Positions 43,795 through 52,390 of a stretch of 64,000 bases of DNA are shown in pieces; the first letter of the stretch is position 1, and each line of letters opens with the position of its first letter. The notes beneath the pieces are model-generated. The model was given only the letters and a program-made list of their open reading frames with translations. It had not been told where the DNA came from and made no database searches. Source of the stretch: an uncultured bacterium. Lineage in GTDB: Bacteria; Verrucomicrobiota; Verrucomicrobiia; Verrucomicrobiales; DEV007. Location of the stretch: positions 64,001 through 128,000 of the forward strand of contig CAXBMO010000001.1 of assembly GCA_963977015.1 (NCBI GenBank), given 5' to 3'. A program made the translations under genes and the position numbers.

Positions 43795-45146
43795 CGCTGG
43801 CTTGGTGCTGCGGGGCGGTCAAGTGTTGGATACGTTCCACGTGCGCGTGCTGCCAGGTAGCGTTGAATCAACCAGACCGACATTTCCAAATGACTAAGCC
43901 GGCCACGCTGGAATCCGTCGGAATGGAGGCTGCGTTGAACGGCGGAGAGAACCTCCATATCCTCCAAATGAAATCCGATGGCGTCTTGGGTGGCGCGCTG
44001 ATGCATCTTCTCATAGTCGGGATGCTCAACGGTGGATTTTGGAACCAACACGGTCGTCATCAGTCTGACCAAATTGGGTGAGACAGGTTCGATGCGGTAC
44101 CAGACGGCCTGGTCGGGAGTGACCAAAAATGTAAAAAGTGGGAAGCCGAGGTAGAGTCCCCATTCGTGGCGCTTTTCATCGTTCAAACCGGCGATGGGCG
44201 GAAATGCATCCCAAGTCTCACCTTTGGATTCCGCTTCGACGATCGCGTTGCGACTCTTCTCACCGTAGGGGAGGTGACAGCGGATGAAGTGGGCTTCCTC
44301 GCCCTCGTTCCACGTGCCCTTTGCCGGCATGATGGTCTGCAGGGTTTTCACATGGGTTCCCGCATGATGATAGGACTCCATGAAGTTTTCGGTCAGGACT
44401 TTCCAATTGCAGGGAACCTCCCAATGAGCTTCGAAGATCAGTTCCATTTCTCCAAGATTCCACGGTTGAATTTCGGCGTCGATCTTGGCGTATTGCTCTG
44501 CGACCGTGGTTTTGGAGTCGCCATCCAGATTGACGAAAACGAAGCCGTTCCAGACTTCGGCCCGGAATTCCTTCAACCCCCATTCGCAGCGTTGGAAGCC
44601 CTTGGCGTTTTGCATCTCGGGGCAGGCTTTGAGCTGGCCGTCCAGCTCGAACGTCCAAGAATGGTAGGGACAAAGAAACAGTCTGGTGTGGCCACGGTTT
44701 TCGCCACCCTGACGGAACTCCGCGGGTCCATGTCCGTCGTGACCGAATCCGGGAGGCATGATGTCCATTCCCCGATGAGGGCAAACCCGCGATAGCACGT
44801 GGATGTCATCGGACTTGTCCCGCACCACGAGCAACGGTTCGCCGAAGAGTTCCACGTTGATGAAGTCTCCCGCCTTGGGGATCTGTGAAACATGTGCCAG
44901 GCACATCCAGTCGGGACGGAAAAGGTTTTCAATCTCCCAACCGAAAAATTCTTCGCTCGTGAAAGCTTCCTTGGGCAACGTGGTTGCCTCTTCAAGCGGT
45001 AGGTCGGCAATGCGCTGAATTTCGGCGAGAATCTCGTCCAGAGTGAGATCTTTCGATCCGTATGGCCAGGAAGGGCTCTGCAGATCGTTGAGTTTGGCGT
45101 TAAAAGAGGATGCTTTGCGCACCTGTTGTTCATCGATAATTGGCAT
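43791..45146 (-). CDS. Rieske non-heme iron oxygenase alpha subunit (choline monooxygenase/CntA-like)
   Basis: CPH...CPYH Rieske ligands; NWK..TENFMESYHH...H and C-terminal ED iron site. Confidence 0.9.
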   Translation of the reverse strand: MPIIDEQQVRKASSFNAKLNDLQSPSWPYGSKDLTLDEILAEIQRIADLPLEEATTLPKEAFTSEEFFGWEIENLFRPDWMCLAHVSQIPKAGDFINVELFGEPLLVVRDKSDDIHVLSRVCPHRGMDIMPPGFGHDGHGPAEFRQGGENRGHTRLFLCPYHSWTFELDGQLKACPEMQNAKGFQRCEWGLKEFRAEVWNGFVFVNLDGDSKTTVAEQYAKIDAEIQPWNLGEMELIFEAHWEVPCNWKVLTENFMESYHHAGTHVKTLQTIMPAKGTWNEGEEAHFIRCHLPYGEKSRNAIVEAESKGETWDAFPPIAGLNDEKRHEWGLYLGFPLFTFLVTPDQAVWYRIEPVSPNLVRLMTTVLVPKSTVEHPDYEKMHQRATQDAIGFHLEDMEVLSAVQRSLHSDGFQRGRLSHLEMSVWLIQRYLAARARGTYPTLDRPAAPSQR

Positions 45147-45178
45147 AGCGAAGATAGGATTACGTCAGAACATAGAGT

Positions 45179-45195
45179 AGCAATATATGTACCAA
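45179..45195 (-). promoter_or_regulatory. Sigma-54 promoter (Rieske operon)
   Basis: Minus strand TTGGTACATATATTGCT (GG-N10-GC). Confidence 0.75.
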
Positions 45196-45206
45196 TTGCA
45201 GTGGTA

Positions 45207-45223
45207 TTGGCACGCTGCCTGCT
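45207..45223 (+). promoter_or_regulatory. Sigma-54 promoter (aldehyde reductase)
   Basis: TTGGCACGCTGCCTGCT (GG-N10-GC). Confidence 0.75.
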
Positions 45224-45236
45224 TCATACTGGCACG

Positions 45237-46253
45237 GTGATCATTCCAGCTTTCTCGACTTCCGCGCCGAACCTTCCTTTCGCCCTAACCGAAATTGAAC
45301 TGCCGGACGCTTTGGGGCCCGATCAGGTTGAAATCGCGGTCGAAAGTTGTGGGCTTTGCCACAGCGATCTCAGCATGAAGAATAACGACTGGGGCCTCAC
45401 CAGTTACCCTTTTGTTGGGGGACATGAAGTGGTGGGCCGGGTTGCGAAGAAAGGGGAGTTTGTCACCCATTTGGAGGTCGGGCAGCGTGTTGGTTTGGGG
45501 TGGTATTCCGGAGCCTGTTTAACGTGTCCAACCTGCATGGGTGGGGATCACAATCTCTGTCCGCAAGCGGAAGGGACGATCGTGGGACGACATGGTGGAT
45601 TTGCGAGTCGGGTTCGTGCCCAGGCGATCTGGTGCGCTCCGATCCCCGAGAAGCTGAACCCGAACGTTGTCGGCCCGCTCTTCTGCGGTGGAATCACGGT
45701 GTTTAATCCGATTGTTCAGAATCGAATCGTCGCTTCGGATCACGTCGGAGTCATCGGCATTGGAGGGTTGGGGCACCTGGCGCTCCAGTTTCTTTCTGCG
45801 TGGGGATGTGAAGTCACGGCTTTTTCCACGAACCCTTCCAAAGAGGAAGAAGCGCGAAGTATGGGGGCCGATCATTTCGTGAATTCGCGGGATTCAGCTT
45901 CGTTTAAGGCTCTGGAAGGCACCTTTGATATGATTCTGGTCACCGTGAATGTCGCGCTGGATTGGCCCGCCTACATGACGATGTTGAAGCGTAAGGGGAC
46001 ACTTCATGTCGTCGGCGCCGTTCCTCCGATCGAAACCTCGTCGGAGCCTCTCATCGAACACCAGAAATCTCTGACCGGCAGTCCGTTGGGAAGTCCGGCC
46101 CTCGTGCAGACCATGTTGAACTTCTGTGCCCGAAAAGAGATTGCTCCCATCACTCAGTCATTTCCATTGAGCGAGATCAATGCGGCATTCGCTGAGTTGG
46201 AGGCTGGAAATGCTCGCTATCGAATCGTCTTGGAAAACGATCTTCAGGATTGA
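45237..46253 (+). CDS. Zn-dependent NAD(P)H aldehyde reductase (CAD/Ahr-like)
   Basis: CHSD, GHE, CxxCxxCx7C structural Zn site, PLFCGGIT, GIGGLG; probable GTG start at 45237. Confidence 0.9.
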   Translation: MIIPAFSTSAPNLPFALTEIELPDALGPDQVEIAVESCGLCHSDLSMKNNDWGLTSYPFVGGHEVVGRVAKKGEFVTHLEVGQRVGLGWYSGACLTCPTCMGGDHNLCPQAEGTIVGRHGGFASRVRAQAIWCAPIPEKLNPNVVGPLFCGGITVFNPIVQNRIVASDHVGVIGIGGLGHLALQFLSAWGCEVTAFSTNPSKEEEARSMGADHFVNSRDSASFKALEGTFDMILVTVNVALDWPAYMTMLKRKGTLHVVGAVPPIETSSEPLIEHQKSLTGSPLGSPALVQTMLNFCARKEIAPITQSFPLSEINAAFAELEAGNARYRIVLENDLQD

Positions 46254-46885
46254 ACGTTGTCCCAGACTGATCCCGCCCGAGGAGTGTCGATGCGATAGTC
46301 CGTGTAGAAACGTTCAAACATCGTCGCCCCCAACGTTCGAGCCTCCTCAATGGCGCCCGAAGGATCAGCGTCGACATCTCCGCGCTTGTTTCCGATTCCC
46401 TGAACGACCCCGACAAACTCCGAGTACGTGTAGCGGGAGAACTCTTGAATCGAGTGAACGATCCCCATCGTGGCGGCGGGGTAGGATTCTTCCGAGCTGA
46501 TCACCAATCCCAGCTTCTTTCCGCACATCGCCTTCGCGTATTCATCGCTCTTGGGGTGTGATGCTGCATAGTAGCAGAATGAGCGATCGAAAAACGTCTT
46601 CAATTGGCCGCTCATGCCATACCAATAAAGCGGAGTGGCAAAGATAATACCGTCAGCCGGAAGATACTTGGTCAGGAACAGTTCGCGGTAATCGTCATCG
46701 ATTGAGCATTCGCCGTTCTCATTTCGGCACTGACGGCAATCCTTTAGAAAATGGCGAAGATAGTCGTCAATGTAGATTAATTCGGCATCGTGGCCCGAAG
46801 ATTGGGCACCTTCCAGTGCGGCATGGGCAAGGCGAAAGGAATTTCCGTCTCGTCTTGGACTTGAACTCAGGATCAAAACCTTCAT
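46244..46885 (-). CDS. Flavodoxin-fold NAD(P)H:FMN reductase / iron-sulfur flavoprotein-like protein
   Basis: SSPRRDGNS, CRQC-x6-C, ATPLYWY, LKTFFDR; ATGA overlap with upstream gene. Confidence 0.85.
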   Translation of the reverse strand: MKVLILSSSPRRDGNSFRLAHAALEGAQSSGHDAELIYIDDYLRHFLKDCRQCRNENGECSIDDDYRELFLTKYLPADGIIFATPLYWYGMSGQLKTFFDRSFCYYAASHPKSDEYAKAMCGKKLGLVISSEESYPAATMGIVHSIQEFSRYTYSEFVGVVQGIGNKRGDVDADPSGAIEEARTLGATMFERFYTDYRIDTPRAGSVWDNVQS

Positions 46886-47436
46886 GGGCGACTCCATGCC
46901 AGATTTTGGACTTGAGGATCGAGAGGTGTCTCCGCAATCCCGTTGGTATAGTTGCTGATCAGTTTCACGGCCAGACCGAGAATGACTTCCATCGCCTGGG
47001 TGTCGCTGTATCCCGCTTCCCAGAAGGCGTCTCGTTCCTCCATCGGAGGGTGGCCGCGATGTTCAATGAGCGAAGCGGTGAAACGCCGGAGCGCTTCCAG
47101 TTTGGGATCGGACAGTGGTGTTCCCTGCCGCAACGCTTCGACGTCCTCCGGTTTCATACCCGCGTTCTTGCTGAGCAAGGTATGCCAGGGGACGCAATAC
47201 GTACAGTTGTTCAGGAAATTCGCGGTTTGATAGACGACTTGTTGCTCGATCGGTGTGAGCGTTGTTTTCGCAAACAAATCCCAAAGTTGGACGTAGCCTT
47301 CCAAGGCTGGTGGAGCAGAGGCAAGCGTCCTTTCCAGGTTCGGAATCATCCCGAAGTCGCCTTGGACCTGGTTTAACAGATCCCGGGACGCTTCCGGAGC
47401 CGTCTCGAACTGGTGCTGAGGGAATTTGTCAGTCAT
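46882..47436 (-). CDS. AhpD/carboxymuconolactone decarboxylase family protein
   Basis: GMIPNL, NNCTYCVPWH, SNYTN motifs. Confidence 0.88.
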   Translation of the reverse strand: MTDKFPQHQFETAPEASRDLLNQVQGDFGMIPNLERTLASAPPALEGYVQLWDLFAKTTLTPIEQQVVYQTANFLNNCTYCVPWHTLLSKNAGMKPEDVEALRQGTPLSDPKLEALRRFTASLIEHRGHPPMEERDAFWEAGYSDTQAMEVILGLAVKLISNYTNGIAETPLDPQVQNLAWSRP

Positions 47437-47442
47437 TGATGG

Positions 47443-48864
47443 CTAAACAAAGGTCAAGCGGTCCTCGCGTTGCTGATCGTAGATCGTGTAGAACTGCTTC
47501 TCCCATTCCATCATCTTCTGTTCCACGTAGATATCCTTCATCTCGCCAAAGACGCCATCGACGAATGGATCGGAATCGAAGGCTTCAATGGCGTGAAGCA
47601 AGGTCCCGGGAAGAAATTCGATTCCAGCCTTCCGGATTTCCTTCTTTGAGCGGAGGTAGAGATTGTCGTTGAGTGGCTCTCCCGGATCCATCTCCTGCTC
47701 AATACCATCGAGCCCGGCAGCCAGTTGGAGCGCCGCGGCAAGGTATGGGTTGACGCTCATGTCGGGAGCGCGGTTCTCGATGCAGTAACGGTTTGGGGGC
47801 AAGCGCAGCATCGCGGATCGATTGTTCGCCCCATAGGTAACCAAAACAGGAGCCCAACTGACATCCGGCATGTCGCCTTGAGCGAGGAACCCCTGATAGC
47901 TGTTGTAGGTTGGTGAGGTTACGGCCGTGATCGCAGCCGCATGTTTCAGAATTCCGGCGAGGAAATGATAGGCGAGCTTGGAAACCTGGATTCCATGGGC
48001 ATCAATGAATTTGTTGGAACCGGCTTCGGGGGCGAACTGGTTTTCGCCGGATTCGGTGTCTGCCAGGGACATGTTGAAATGACAGCCGGAACGGAAATCA
48101 TCCGCAAACGGTTTGGGCATGAAGCTCGCGACGCAGCCAATGGAGCTTGCAATCTGTTTGGCCATGAGCCGGAGAAAAACGAGGCGATCGGAAGTGGTGA
48201 GAGCATCTGCATAATTCGAGTCGAATTCGTACTGACTTTGACCGCCCTCTTGATCGAAGGAGAAAACTCCCCAATCCAACTGGTTCATGGCCTTTACCAT
48301 CGGGTCGAGAAAGTCCATGGAATTCTGCGCCTGGTAGATGTCGTATGCTGGGCATAGGCCTCCGTATTTTTGTGGGGCGAGGCTGGTGCGCTTTCCGGTT
48401 TCCGGATCCACCCGAAAGACGTAGAACTCAGGCTCAACTCCGAGATTGAAGGTGAACCCCATTGAGGCCGCTCGCTCAAGTTGGCGCTTCAGGATCTGAC
48501 GGGAATCGTTGGGATAGAGGGTTCCGTGGTGATAGAGATCGCTGAAAAAGTACGCAAAGCGTTCATCCCAAGGGCAGACGATTGCCGTATCAAGATCGGG
48601 GACGGCAGCACATTCATCTTCTTGAGGGCCTACCAGTCCCATTCCTTCCATCGCTCCGACGGTAAATAGTTCCGAACCGTTTGCCATTTTCTCCAACGCG
48701 GCGATGGGATTGACCTTGGCTTTTGGGACGCCATGAACATCCACATAAGTGGAGAGCAGGTATTCCACGCCTTTGGACTCTAGTTCGCTCTTGAGGCGGG
48801 CGATCTTTTCAGGATCGCACATCGTGGAATCGGGGACAGCAAAGACAGGAGTTGTGTCGGGCAT
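47443..48864 (-). CDS. Glutamine synthetase-like ligase (GlnT/GmaS-like, probable gamma-glutamyl-amine ligase)
   Basis: YVDVHGVPKAK, GVEPEF, FMPKPF, SGCHFNMSL, NNRSAMLR, ENRAPD..VNPYLA. Confidence 0.85.
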   Translation of the reverse strand: MPDTTPVFAVPDSTMCDPEKIARLKSELESKGVEYLLSTYVDVHGVPKAKVNPIAALEKMANGSELFTVGAMEGMGLVGPQEDECAAVPDLDTAIVCPWDERFAYFFSDLYHHGTLYPNDSRQILKRQLERAASMGFTFNLGVEPEFYVFRVDPETGKRTSLAPQKYGGLCPAYDIYQAQNSMDFLDPMVKAMNQLDWGVFSFDQEGGQSQYEFDSNYADALTTSDRLVFLRLMAKQIASSIGCVASFMPKPFADDFRSGCHFNMSLADTESGENQFAPEAGSNKFIDAHGIQVSKLAYHFLAGILKHAAAITAVTSPTYNSYQGFLAQGDMPDVSWAPVLVTYGANNRSAMLRLPPNRYCIENRAPDMSVNPYLAAALQLAAGLDGIEQEMDPGEPLNDNLYLRSKKEIRKAGIEFLPGTLLHAIEAFDSDPFVDGVFGEMKDIYVEQKMMEWEKQFYTIYDQQREDRLTFV

Positions 48865-48883
48865 GGTTTGGAGAGTAGATGGG

Positions 48884-49666
48884 TTAAATATTGATCGGAG
48901 AAAGGTTGTTCCAGAATTTGGAATCCAGGGGCGGCGTTTCGGTTTTGGCTTGGGTCACCAATTCAGCAAGTCGGTCTCCCATTTTTCGGAAAAGTCGTTC
49001 ACCGTCTTCGGCGTTGCCTTCACTCGGTTTCCCGGTGATTCCGTTCTTGCTGGTTTGGGCAACCGGATAGCTGAAAATGGTGTCCGTCGTCCGGTCGGGA
49101 TCATCTTCCACCATGTCCATCCTGACCGTTTCTGGCGCGAGATGGAGCATCAAATCGGTTTCAGACTTATTGGCATGCAAGTCTTCAGCATCCTTTGTAA
49201 ATTCGTCCCAGATTTCCGGTGACAGGGTAAACGTGTTCAACCCCGCGATTTGCAGTTTCCCCAGATGGCGCAAACGAAGCTTGTCGACCGCAACCCGCAG
49301 GGACGCGTCGTTCCCGAAATGGGAATTGACGATGAGCAGGCGATTCCAACCTGTTGCGACCGTCCAATCGACGATGTCGCCCAGCACCTGGATGAGCGTC
49401 TCGTGCCGAAGGGAAAACGTTCCCGGCCACTTGGTGGTATGACCGGTGGAGACGGTGAAGGAGATGGGAGGTAGGACCGGAATCTGGGTCGCCGCTGAAG
49501 CATAGGCGCAGATTCGAGAGGCAATGACCGTATCGGTATTGATTGGAAGATGGGGGCCATGCTGCTCGGTCGCGCCCAAGGGCAGGATGAGCATCGATAC
49601 ACCACTCGACTGAAGTTCCTCGATCGCTTTCCAAGAAAGCGACTCTAAATGAACGGTATCACCCAT
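48884..49666 (-). CDS. Creatininase-family amidohydrolase
   Basis: PLGATEQHGPHLP..TD, VNSHFGN, HA...ET metal-ligand motifs. Confidence 0.9.
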   Translation of the reverse strand: MGDTVHLESLSWKAIEELQSSGVSMLILPLGATEQHGPHLPINTDTVIASRICAYASAATQIPVLPPISFTVSTGHTTKWPGTFSLRHETLIQVLGDIVDWTVATGWNRLLIVNSHFGNDASLRVAVDKLRLRHLGKLQIAGLNTFTLSPEIWDEFTKDAEDLHANKSETDLMLHLAPETVRMDMVEDDPDRTTDTIFSYPVAQTSKNGITGKPSEGNAEDGERLFRKMGDRLAELVTQAKTETPPLDSKFWNNLSPINI

Positions 49667-49671
49667 CTTGA

Positions 49672-51099
49672 TCAGACCTTGGAGGTTTGCTTGGTCAGCA
49701 ACTCATCCATTGCTTCGTTGCGTTCGTTTGCTCCCTGCTTCAGCCAATTGGGAAGCCAAAGAAGCGAACGCATCATGAATCCGGTCTTCTTTTCCGCGAC
49801 CCATGGGAAGAGGACGGGGCGCATCTTGGAGAGAAATTGGTCCGAAACGAATCCGGTGATCCCGATGAGCAGGATCGTCGCGTAAACGATGTCGAAGTTA
49901 AACCGGCGACCGTGGGTGTCGATGATTTCGGTGAGGCCGCTTTTGACGCCCATCAGTTCGGCGATGACGAGCCAAGTCCAGGCCCAACCGAGGAGAATAC
50001 GGAGGTCGTTGTACAAGTTGTGAATCACCCCGGGGATCACCACCTTAAAAACAAGATCAAACTTTCGAGCGCCCAAGGTCTGCGCGGCGTCCAGGAGCCC
50101 AGTGTCAAGCTGGCGGGTCGTGTTCGCCGTCATCAGAATGGCTTGGCAAACGGTCCCGAGAAAGACGAGCGCAACTTTGGGGGCATCGTGGCTTCCCAGC
50201 AGGAAAACAAGAAGCGTTCCAAACGCGGGAGCTGGCATGTAGCGAAAGAAATCGACGAAGGGCTCGAAGAGCTTTGAGAAAAAGTCAAACGTGCCCGCGA
50301 GCAGGCCAATCGGCAGACCGATCAAGCATGCAAAGAGGAATCCCATGAAGACAATGCCGAGCGAGTCGGCGTATCGATTGCCAAGACCGGCATCGACGCG
50401 CTGGGACGTTCCAAACATCAGGTCTCGCCCGGCCAAGAGAACCTGGTGGGGCGCCGGGAGGTAGGAAGGTCTGCCAACAGCGCGTTCGCCATGCGGAATC
50501 AAATGCAGGAGCGGTTCCTTGGGAAAGGTGGATGAATCGTATTGATCGCCGCCTGCACTCATCATCTCCCAATTGATCTTGATGATTTCCAGATTCTCGG
50601 CGGAAAGCAGCTTGGTGGGGACTGTGCGACTTCCCGTGGCAAGGTCTCCCCAAATTGCGAAGAGGGCGTCGTTGTCCGTTCCCTGCTCCTCCGTCATCCA
50701 TTCCATCTCAACGGCAATGGGATGGAGCTTGCGGAGGATCTTTGAGTTCGATCGCGAACTAACGCTGATGCCTTCGGGGAGTTCGCCTTTTCCCGCGTGA
50801 TAGTCTTGAATTTGCGAGTTCGTCTCGCGAACCATTTCCTGGAAGGCGAGGTAGCGCTCTTTCTCCATCACGTGGCTAGGGCGATAGATTGTTGGATAGT
50901 CACCACTCTTTACGTCAGTGGTGATCTTCAATTTGTGACTGATATCCCACAGTCCGGGGGTGTAAGCGAAAAAGGACCAGAGAATAAGAGGGACCGCAAA
51001 CGATGCGACCATCAAGACGCTGACTCGAAAGTGGTTGAGGGAGCCCCGAACCTGAAACCAGGATTCGCTACCACTCTTGCCTGGACTCTTTTTCGACAT
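49672..51099 (-). CDS. ABC transporter permease (NitT/TauT-type) with large soluble insertion
   Basis: C-terminal DFFRYMPAPAFG, LLDAAQTLGA (EAA-like), GWAWTWLVIAEL; ~170-aa hydrophilic segment after TM1. Confidence 0.9.
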   Translation of the reverse strand: MSKKSPGKSGSESWFQVRGSLNHFRVSVLMVASFAVPLILWSFFAYTPGLWDISHKLKITTDVKSGDYPTIYRPSHVMEKERYLAFQEMVRETNSQIQDYHAGKGELPEGISVSSRSNSKILRKLHPIAVEMEWMTEEQGTDNDALFAIWGDLATGSRTVPTKLLSAENLEIIKINWEMMSAGGDQYDSSTFPKEPLLHLIPHGERAVGRPSYLPAPHQVLLAGRDLMFGTSQRVDAGLGNRYADSLGIVFMGFLFACLIGLPIGLLAGTFDFFSKLFEPFVDFFRYMPAPAFGTLLVFLLGSHDAPKVALVFLGTVCQAILMTANTTRQLDTGLLDAAQTLGARKFDLVFKVVIPGVIHNLYNDLRILLGWAWTWLVIAELMGVKSGLTEIIDTHGRRFNFDIVYATILLIGITGFVSDQFLSKMRPVLFPWVAEKKTGFMMRSLLWLPNWLKQGANERNEAMDELLTKQTSKV

Positions 51100-51125
51100 G
51101 GCGAGGAGGGGGTGGTTGTTGTGAA

Positions 51126-51167
51126 TTGGGACGCAACGCTGAACGTGTCGGACAGCGTTGCGCCCAA
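51126..51167. other. Intercistronic hairpin between binding-protein and permease genes
   Basis: TTGGG-A-CGCAACGCTG/CAGCGTTGCG-CCCAA stem; no long U tail on the coding strand. Confidence 0.65.
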
Positions 51168-51195
51168 AACATCACACTAAAAAGGGAGGAAGTTA

Positions 51196-52197
51196 CTACT
51201 CAACGGACTTTGCATATTCTGCAGTGAGAGAAGGATCGATATAAGATTCGTAGTCCTTCGCTTCCGTGTAGACTTCGTACTTTACGTTGAAATCATCAGA
51301 GATTTTGCTGGATCCGTAGATGGACTTCAGACCTTCAGCACTCTCCCAAACTGGAAGAACTTCTTCCAATGTAAGAATGTAGGTTCCGGCCAGGAAAGGC
51401 TCGTATTCATCAGGTGTAACGCTAACGCGTCCTGCGAGGATCTCGAGAACCTCATCGATGTTGTCCTCGTCTTTCAGGAAATCGACGACTTTATACCACA
51501 CGGAAATGACCTTCATCCAATCATCGCGATTCTCCTTCAGTGATTCAGGAGTCACGAAAAGGCAGTCATAGATAAGGCCAGGGCAGTCTTTGGAGGTGTA
51601 GATGGCTTTGGAGCCAGGGACCTCGCGAAGTGCTGTTCCCGAGCTGGGCTGCCAAGCGCAAACCGCGTTGACCGCTCCGGTTTTGAGAACCTGAGGAGTC
51701 TGGTCTGTAGGAGTGTTGACGATCTCGATGCTCGACTCTTCCATATCGTTATCCTCAAGCGCTTGAAGGACGAGAAGGTGAGGGACGAAGCCTTCCTCCA
51801 GACCTACCTTCTTACCGGCAAGGTCTTTGACAGAGTCGATGCCTTTTTCTGCAATCAACATGTCGTTGCCGTTCGAGTAGTCATTAATCAAGATACATAC
51901 GGAAGGCTGGTCGGTGCCGATTACGAGAGCGTCACCATTTGTCATATGACATCCATCCAAGTTTCCTGCTGCGAATGCGTCGAGCGAACCGACATAGTCC
52001 ATCCACTTGAAGTCCACTTCGACTCCGGCTTCTTCAAACCATCCTTTCTTGATGGCGATTTCCCAAGGCGTCCAACCGGGCCAGTCACTGTAGGCAATGG
52101 TTAGAGGCTCAGCGTTGACACTATTAAGACCGACAGCTGCGATGAGGGGAAGCGCAAGACGTTGAAGCAAGCGGTTCACGGATAAGGGCAATTTCAT
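51196..52197 (-). CDS. ABC transporter substrate-binding protein (urea-carboxylase-associated/NMT1-like)
   Basis: Signal peptide, [24 protein letters not shown] motifs. Confidence 0.9.
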   Translation of the reverse strand: MKLPLSVNRLLQRLALPLIAAVGLNSVNAEPLTIAYSDWPGWTPWEIAIKKGWFEEAGVEVDFKWMDYVGSLDAFAAGNLDGCHMTNGDALVIGTDQPSVCILINDYSNGNDMLIAEKGIDSVKDLAGKKVGLEEGFVPHLLVLQALEDNDMEESSIEIVNTPTDQTPQVLKTGAVNAVCAWQPSSGTALREVPGSKAIYTSKDCPGLIYDCLFVTPESLKENRDDWMKVISVWYKVVDFLKDEDNIDEVLEILAGRVSVTPDEYEPFLAGTYILTLEEVLPVWESAEGLKSIYGSSKISDDFNVKYEVYTEAKDYESYIDPSLTAEYAKSVE

Positions 52198-52228
52198 AGA
52201 GATAGTTAGTTAGTTGATTGCAATTTTA

Positions 52229-52257
52229 GTATTACCGTGAGAGTGTCGCCGTATGAT
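52229..52257. promoter_or_regulatory. Second candidate operator of the NikR-like regulator
   Basis: GTATTAC-N15-GTATGA between the sigma-54 site and the ATG; resembles the site at 39589-39616. Confidence 0.4.
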
Positions 52258-52283
52258 TGCGGAAACGTCTCCGGATACTGAAG

Positions 52284-52300
52284 AGCATTAGTCATGCCAA
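52284..52300 (-). promoter_or_regulatory. Sigma-54 promoter (SBP-permease-creatininase-GS-AhpD-flavoprotein operon)
   Basis: Minus strand TTGGCATGACTAATGCT (GG-N10-GC). Confidence 0.75.
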
Positions 52301-52390
52301 TATCTCGATTCGCCCGATGGACCTTGCCCGATATCGCAAGATTCACCTAAATCCTGTCAATAATTAGACAGCGTAAGAGTGCGAAGAGGC

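Noticed and set aside
47443-48864. Housekeeping glnA
   Set aside because: Motifs and context fit a GS-like paralogue, so no gene symbol was assigned.
47443-49666. Mycofactocin or other RiPP cluster suggested by the creatininase-family (MftE-like) gene
   Set aside because: No radical SAM enzyme, RRE protein or precursor peptide nearby.
52198-52390. Guanidine riboswitch upstream of the SBP (the 39594-39716 and 32248-32392 leaders were also checked)
   Set aside because: No guanidine-I/II/III consensus elements visible by eye and the leaders after the sigma-54 motifs are short; an Infernal search is needed to exclude it formally.
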